Assembly: GCA_965235115.1 (NCBI GenBank) | Contig: OZ249436.1 | Coordinates: 41,480,001-41,544,000 of the forward strand | Length of the DNA stretch: 64,000 nt | Direction: 5' to 3' | Origin: Laetmonice hystrix | Taxonomy: Eukaryota | Shown: positions 58,236 to 64,000 of the stretch, one piece after another | Layout of the letters: every line of letters starts with the position of its first letter | Position numbering within the stretch: position 1 is the stretch's first letter | Notes under the pieces: model-generated | The model's input: the letters and a program-made list of their open reading frames with translations, nothing else | Databases searched by the model: none | What the model was told of the DNA's origin: nothing | Position numbers and translations under genes: made by a program

Positions 58236-60042
58236 TGCACAGAAGAATCCGAGACCCAGAGGAAGTCTGCATGGCCCAACAAAAGCGCCAGAATCTCGAG
58301 GGAAAAGCAAATCATTTTGGCAGGGCCCCGAAAGCTATACATACCAGTAAACATATTATGAGGATGGAATGTTACTTGTTGATGTAAAACACCGCCCGGA
58401 TGCACCCATGTTTTTTTGCCCTGGAAGGGCACACGTACCACCTGTGTGTGTGTGGGGGGGGGGGGACGGAGCAGTCAGCGGAGGACCGAGCACTCACTGC
58501 TGCCTGCTGAGCCCTTTTGCAATTTCATGCCTGTAGGAATTCTGGCATACTGGAGTATTCCTATTGAGGTCAATGAACACATTTAAAAGAAGACGTTTTC
58601 TTGACTTTTCATGGATGATGTATACTCTTTCGAGGGGGGGTCTGGGAGAAAGTACTCTCTGTACGCTCGTAAAAAATGATGAAAATGTTGAAAAACATTT
58701 GGTAAATTAAAGGAGAAGTCCAGTCAAAAATGGACAGCTGCAAGCCCTCTATATACTCACCTTTCAGAGTAGTGGTTGGAAATAAATGTCTCCCCATTCC
58801 AAGAAGTCATATGTCGAACATGACAACCATGTCAGCAGCGCAGCCATTCTGGCCCTGCCGGAAGTCCGTTGACGTCATGGTTCCATTAAAGTTCCGGTCT
58901 AGGAGCATGCGCATGCACTGCTGCCAGCAAGCGAGCGGACCGATCCTGAATCAGTTGAGGTGGGTGTTGTCGGGGCTAAGCTAGAGGCGGCCAGGGCGGG
59001 TGGATGATTGATGGGGGGGGGGGGGGGGGCCGGAGGTTCAGTCCCACAAGAAGCTTGACGAGTCAGTCCTGTATAGCACACAGACAGGGATGGCAAGCAT
59101 TCGGGATTCCCTCGGGCATATGATGTCACTTCCTGCTATTCGAATACACCCTCGGGTGAATTAGTGAGTCACTTCCTGCAATTCGAATATAGATCTACCC
59201 TCGTGTCAATTAGTGGCCATGTTGCCAACCAGATACATGGCCAAATGGAGCTGTGTAGCGAGGCACTAAGTGAACCGTCATATCCCATCGAGCCATGAAG
59301 TAGTGCATTATTGAAACCTGCTCCTTGGCATCATGTGCAAGTATAAATTTCTGGTATGAAGGGGAACGTTTGAAGAAGAAAAATGAATCACCTAATTTAC
59401 CTAAATCGGCACGTGATATGGAAATTTATCAAATTATAAGAAATATGGCTGCGCCCATGAACGACAACAACACGACACATGGTAGGACTACTTATATCAT
59501 GAACATGATTCTATCGCATTATTGCCCACTGCTATGGGAAGAGCACTATAGAGGCCTATATTAGTTGCTTCCATGCCTGATGCAGACAAAATACTACAAG
59601 CACTGCCATGATTTCCAGAGTATCGGCTCAATGTACCCGCGATGCAATGTTCAAAATGGCGTTCAATTCACCCGAGGCTACTTTCGAAGATATGGCCGAG
59701 GATATCCCGAGTGGGATGACCAGGTGGTCGGGATCATTCGAAATACTTCGGGTGTTTCCGACTATACTTCCGTTCAACATGGCGGCTGGAGATGATTCTC
59801 CGACATTCTGACAGTCTGCACCGTAAAAGTAAACAACAAGAGTGCCTCAGCAAAATCGAGGAGCCACGATTCGACCTGGGCAATGTTCGGCTGTCCTGGT
59901 CGGGGATTTCTAGGTCAGGTCAGGGGTCACTCAAACGGCAGTAGGCTACCCAGCGGCAGCGTGTGGCAGAGATTGAATAAAGTGAACGATCTTTGTCGGA
60001 GAGTGTCCTCCATTATGGCCCGAGATCCGGGTCCCCTTCTAA

Positions 60043-61050
60043 TGCCCCTATTCCACACAGACCACGAATTTCACGAATCCCTACGAATTGATGACTTCTC
60101 GGATTCGTAGTTTAATCTTAATCAGTTCGTGAAGTTCTTAACTGATTCTTATTTATTCGTAGTGAGTTCTTTCAATTCTTGAGTGATCGGGAATTCGTGG
60201 CAAAAGTTTTGAGCTGTTCAAAATTTTGGCCACGAACTCTTGATTCCAAAAAATCGTAGATAATTCGTAACAAATTCGTAGTGCATTCTTAGGCATCGTA
60301 ACTGAGTCGTAATAGATTCGTAGGCACTCGTAGGTATTCTTAACTCATTCGGGAATTCGGGAATTCGTGACTTGACCACGAATCGGCTACGAATCTGTCA
60401 CGAATACACACCGAAGCAGGCACGAAGCAAGTAAGAAATATCTACGAATTCACGATAGGGTACGAAGCAGCTACGAATCTGTTACGAATTCCCACGAACC
60501 AATCACGAATGAGCTACGATTGCCGGCGAATTGGGTATATAAGGAGTTTAACGTTTGACTTCAGGTCATTTGTGAAGACGAACTCCAGGAGATCAGTTAC
60601 AAGATGCCAAGAAAAGTTGCAGGCAAGGGCAAGGGGACTTTTGGTACTGATGCCCAAGCAGGGGTGAAGGCCTTTTTATACCTATTTTCAGGGAAAATCG
60701 GGGAAAATCCCACGGATTGTCAAGAATAGTCACGAATTCAAATTTGATCGTACCTGATTCGTAGATGCATTCGGCATAATTATTCTTAACTGATTCGTAA
60801 CTGATTCCTAACGTTCTTGCAGTATTCGTAATGGATTCTTGTAAATCGTTATGAATTCTTGACAATATTTCAGCGGTTCGAGCAGAATCCCACGAATATT
60901 CGTAATTATATCGTAGCTTTATCGTAACAAAATCGTACATCATCACGAATTGGACAAGAAATTTGCAAAATATCACGAATCCTCACGAATCCTAAAATTT
61001 ATCAAATCCTGGCAATTCGTGGGATTCGTGGTCTGTCTGGAATAGTGGCA
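60043..61050. mobile_element. About 1-kb Harbinger-like non-autonomous element
   Basis: taa|TGCCCCTATTCCACACAGACCACGAAT...ATTCGTGGTCTGTCTGGAATAGTGGCA|tta; dozens of ACGAAT/ATTCGT motifs inside. Confidence 0.88.
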
Positions 61051-62074
61051 TTAGATAATAGCTGCTCCCTTTGTTTATTTAAAATGGCCGCCGGCTGTGA
61101 CGATGTCGAAGTGCCCGCTTCGTTTGAAAAATCACCTGAATCTGCTTTGTATAGAAGGTTTTGAGCTAAATTCATTGGACTCAATGGCTGAAGGTAAAGG
61201 CAAAACTTCATTTGAAATGATTGGCTATGTGCGCTATAGCATCCCATTCTGCGCGTTAAAATGTTCTCATTTGTGTATAGCTTTGGCGATAGGCCAAGTA
61301 TTGCGAGGCCTATCACAGAGGCAACGGTTGAGCGACCAGTGACATGTTTCCAGGCACTCATACACCACCGGCACACATAGTACATCCACTTTTCACTTTT
61401 GACTCAGTCTAGGCATATCAAGCATTGAAACAGTTCATAACTCAATATTACATAGGCCTACATTTCCTTATTAGTGTCTTTGCAGACGAAGCACTTCACC
61501 ATACATGTTAGGCCTAATGCCACATTTAACGTCTTCAGATGAACAACCTATAATCGCATATATATTGGTAGACTATATATTTTTATTATATTGTTCTTTA
61601 TTAAACCAATCCCAATAACAATCTGCATGATAACCCATAAAAACGTTATATCGACTTTTATTTTCCTTTTTTTCAGATTCAGAATTCCTGGCAACATCCG
61701 AATTTTTCAAGAGGATGTTAAAGGTATGGAAATCCTCATCATTATATCAATGAACATTGCTCTCCCTGTTTCCCCTGGCATTGATTATTTCAGAACCTGA
61801 AACGATATTTCGTAGGTGGAATATAGTTTCTACCTATACCTATATACACAAGTTTAGCCTAGGCCTACATTGTGCCCTTATATTTCCAGGGTCTTAAACA
61901 GAATGCGAAACTACCACTCATAGTCCATTTGACAGTCCTATGTGTTCAATACACCAACCTAGAAATGTTCTTTTCTATGAATTTTTTTTGTTGATTTATA
62001 CTCTAATGGGGTCCTAGAACAAATTCAGCTTGGTTGCCCAAAGGGCAACTTTGGGCAAATCTCGTAATCTGCAT

Positions 62075-62685
62075 AAATCCAAGATGGCCGCCCAACGCCA
62101 CCTTGAAAATTTAACTTTTGAACCACTTGCCGTAGAATGATGTATAATACATCATTTTAGGGTTTTTTGGGTATGTAGAATCCATTTCTGATGTTATTTT
62201 TTCAATTAAAGGTCAGGGTCAGGTCAAATTCAAGATGGCCGCCCAACGCTACCTTGAACATTTAACTTTTGAACCACATGCCTTAGAATGATGTATAATA
62301 CGTCATTTTAGGGGTTTTTGGGTATGTAGAATCCATTTCTGATGTTATTTTTTCAATTGAAGGTCAAGGTCAGGTCAAATTCAAGATGGCCGCCCAACGC
62401 CACCTTGAAAATTTAACTTTTGAACCACTTGCCTTAGAATGATGTATAATACGGTACGTCTTTTTAGGGGTTTTTGGGCATGTAGAATCCATTTCTGATG
62501 TTATCTTTACAATTGAAGGTCAAGGTCATTTCAAATTCAAGGTGGCCGCCCAACACCACCTTGAAAATTTAACTTTTGAACCACTTGCATTAGAATGATG
62601 TATAATACGTCTTTTTAGGGGTTTTTGGGTGTGTAGAGTCGATCCAATTCTGATGTTATTTTTTCAATTGAAGGTCAAGGTCAGG
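62075..62685. repeat. Satellite of four units of about 151-156 bp (Helentron/HINE-type core repeats)
   Basis: Units start at 62075, 62226, 62377 and 62533 with aaat(t/c)caag(a/g)tggccgcccaac and end in aaggtcaaggtca; preceded by the hairpin gttgccc-aaa-gggcaac. Confidence 0.85.
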
Positions 62686-62778
62686 TTAGGGTCTTAGAAT
62701 GGCAATAAACGGCTGGTAACAAACAGGAGGCTCCCTTGTAAACCCACAGGAAGCAAGCTAGCCAGTACCATGACTTCT

Positions 62779-62862
62779 CACTGTACTGTTTGGCCTCCGT
62801 GCACTGTTTGGCCTCACTGTACCTTTTGCCCTCACTGTATTGTTTGGCCTCACTATACTGTT
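62779..62862. repeat. 18-bp minisatellite (cactgtactgtttggcct), 4-5 copies
   Basis: Read directly from the sequence. Confidence 0.75.
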
Positions 62863-62896
62863 TAGTGGGGTATATAGGGCCCTAATCATATAGGCA

Positions 62897-63857
62897 GGTG
62901 GCGGTGGCCGAGTGGGCATGGACGTCGATACCTTATGCTATGCGAATGGGTGCAGTAATCTTGGGGCCGGGGTTCGATTCCTGTAAAGGACTATACAACT
63001 TTTCTCTTTAGGGACATTGTCCAAGTAATTGGGTTACCCCTGATGCCTGTGCATTTCAAAAGAAAACTACAGTCTACGCCAGTGCCAGGATTACCTTAAC
63101 AGTCAATGTTCGGTAGAAATCATGTGTAGCTCTATCTAGGAAAATATGGATTCCGTCTCATTTCGGAAGATGTGTGTAGGGGGAGGGTCCATTGTCCTAC
63201 TCGACCACCAAAGCTTCCTTTTTAGGGGAGTGGCGGTGGCCGAGTGGGCATGGGCGTCGACACCTTATGCTATGCGAATGGGTGCAGTAATCTTGGGGCC
63301 GAAGTTCGATTTCTGTAGAGGACTATACAACTTTTCTCTTTAGGGACATTGTCAAAGTAATTGGGTTACCCCTGATGCCCGTGCATTTCAAAAGAAAAAT
63401 ACAGTCAGGTGCGGTACATAGGGGTCTAATCACAAGAGCCAGGTGGGGTATATAGGGACATAATAAACCAAAGCTTCCTTTTTTAGGGAAGTGGCAGTGG
63501 CCGAGTGGGCATGGGTGTCGATACCTTATGCTATGTGAATGGGTGCAGTAATCTTGGGGCCGGGGTTCGATTCCTGTAGAGGACTATACGACTTTTCTCT
63601 TTAGGGACATTGGCAAAGTAATTGGGTTACCCCTGATGCCCGTGCATTTCAAAAGAAAAATACAGCCGGGTGGGTAATATAGGGACGTATCGCCGAGTGG
63701 GCATGGGCGTCGATACCTTATGCTATGCGAATGGGTGCAGTAATCTTGGGGACGGGGTTCGATTCCTGTAGAGGACTATACGACTTTTCTCTTTAGGGAC
63801 ATTGTCAAAGTAATTTGGTTACCCCTGATGCCCGTGCATTTCAAAAGAAAAATACAG
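62897..63857 (+). repeat. Tandem array of four tRNA-like (Pol III A/B-box) units of about 175 bp
   Basis: Copies at about 62897, 63229, 63490 and 63690: TGGCCGAGTGG...GGTTCGATTCC...CTTTT, then a conserved tail gggttacccctgatgcc...aaaagaaaa. Confidence 0.8.
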
Positions 63858-64000
63858 GCAGGTGGCGTATATAGGTTCCTATTCACTACAGTCAGCTGGG
63901 GTATATAGGGCCCTAATCTCTACAGGTGGCTGACTGGGCGTTAAACACCAACTACTCACTCACTCACTACAGCCAGGTGGGGTATATTGGGATCTAATCA

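Noticed and set aside
60593..60976. 127-aa ORF
   Set aside because: It is a by-product of the ACGAAT-rich interior of the 1-kb MITE.
62897..63857. CRISPR-like or true tRNA gene cluster interpretation
   Set aside because: The context is eukaryotic, the repeats are about 175 bp with no cas genes nearby, and there is no acceptor-stem pairing or clear anticodon arm.

Overview
Eukaryotic genomic DNA, probably from an invertebrate: there are spliceosomal GT-AG introns and many MITE, SINE and LINE fragments. Most of the window (348 to about 56,400, minus strand) is one giant gene. By hand I threaded 77 phase-compatible coding exons (about 10.86 kb, about 3,600 aa), and the gene runs on past the left edge. 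The protein is an unusual tandem ROCO: low-complexity N-terminus, Cys-type LRRs, a degenerate Roc-like domain split by three SPRY-like domains, a degenerate COR, a Cys-rich module, further SPRY domains, an MSP/VAP-like domain, LRR-EF-hand-LRR, an intact Roc GTPase, COR, two TIR domains (only the second keeps the catalytic-type Glu) and a C-terminal domain. Its 17-kb intron (531-17603) holds a very young 8.8-kb Ty3/Gypsy LTR retroelement in the same orientation (6966-15766). That element has apparently identical 829-bp LTRs, a CTAT target-site duplication, TA...CA ends and a tRNA-Ala-type PBS. Its gag and pol are in frame across one UGA, and it carries an env-like ORF3 remnant with splice signals. 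It sits inside a small Kolobok-like element. The right end holds a THAP pseudogene, a 1-kb Harbinger-like MITE, a 151-bp satellite and a tandem array of tRNA-like Pol III units. Exon boundaries and domain names come from manual reading and motif recognition, not database searches.
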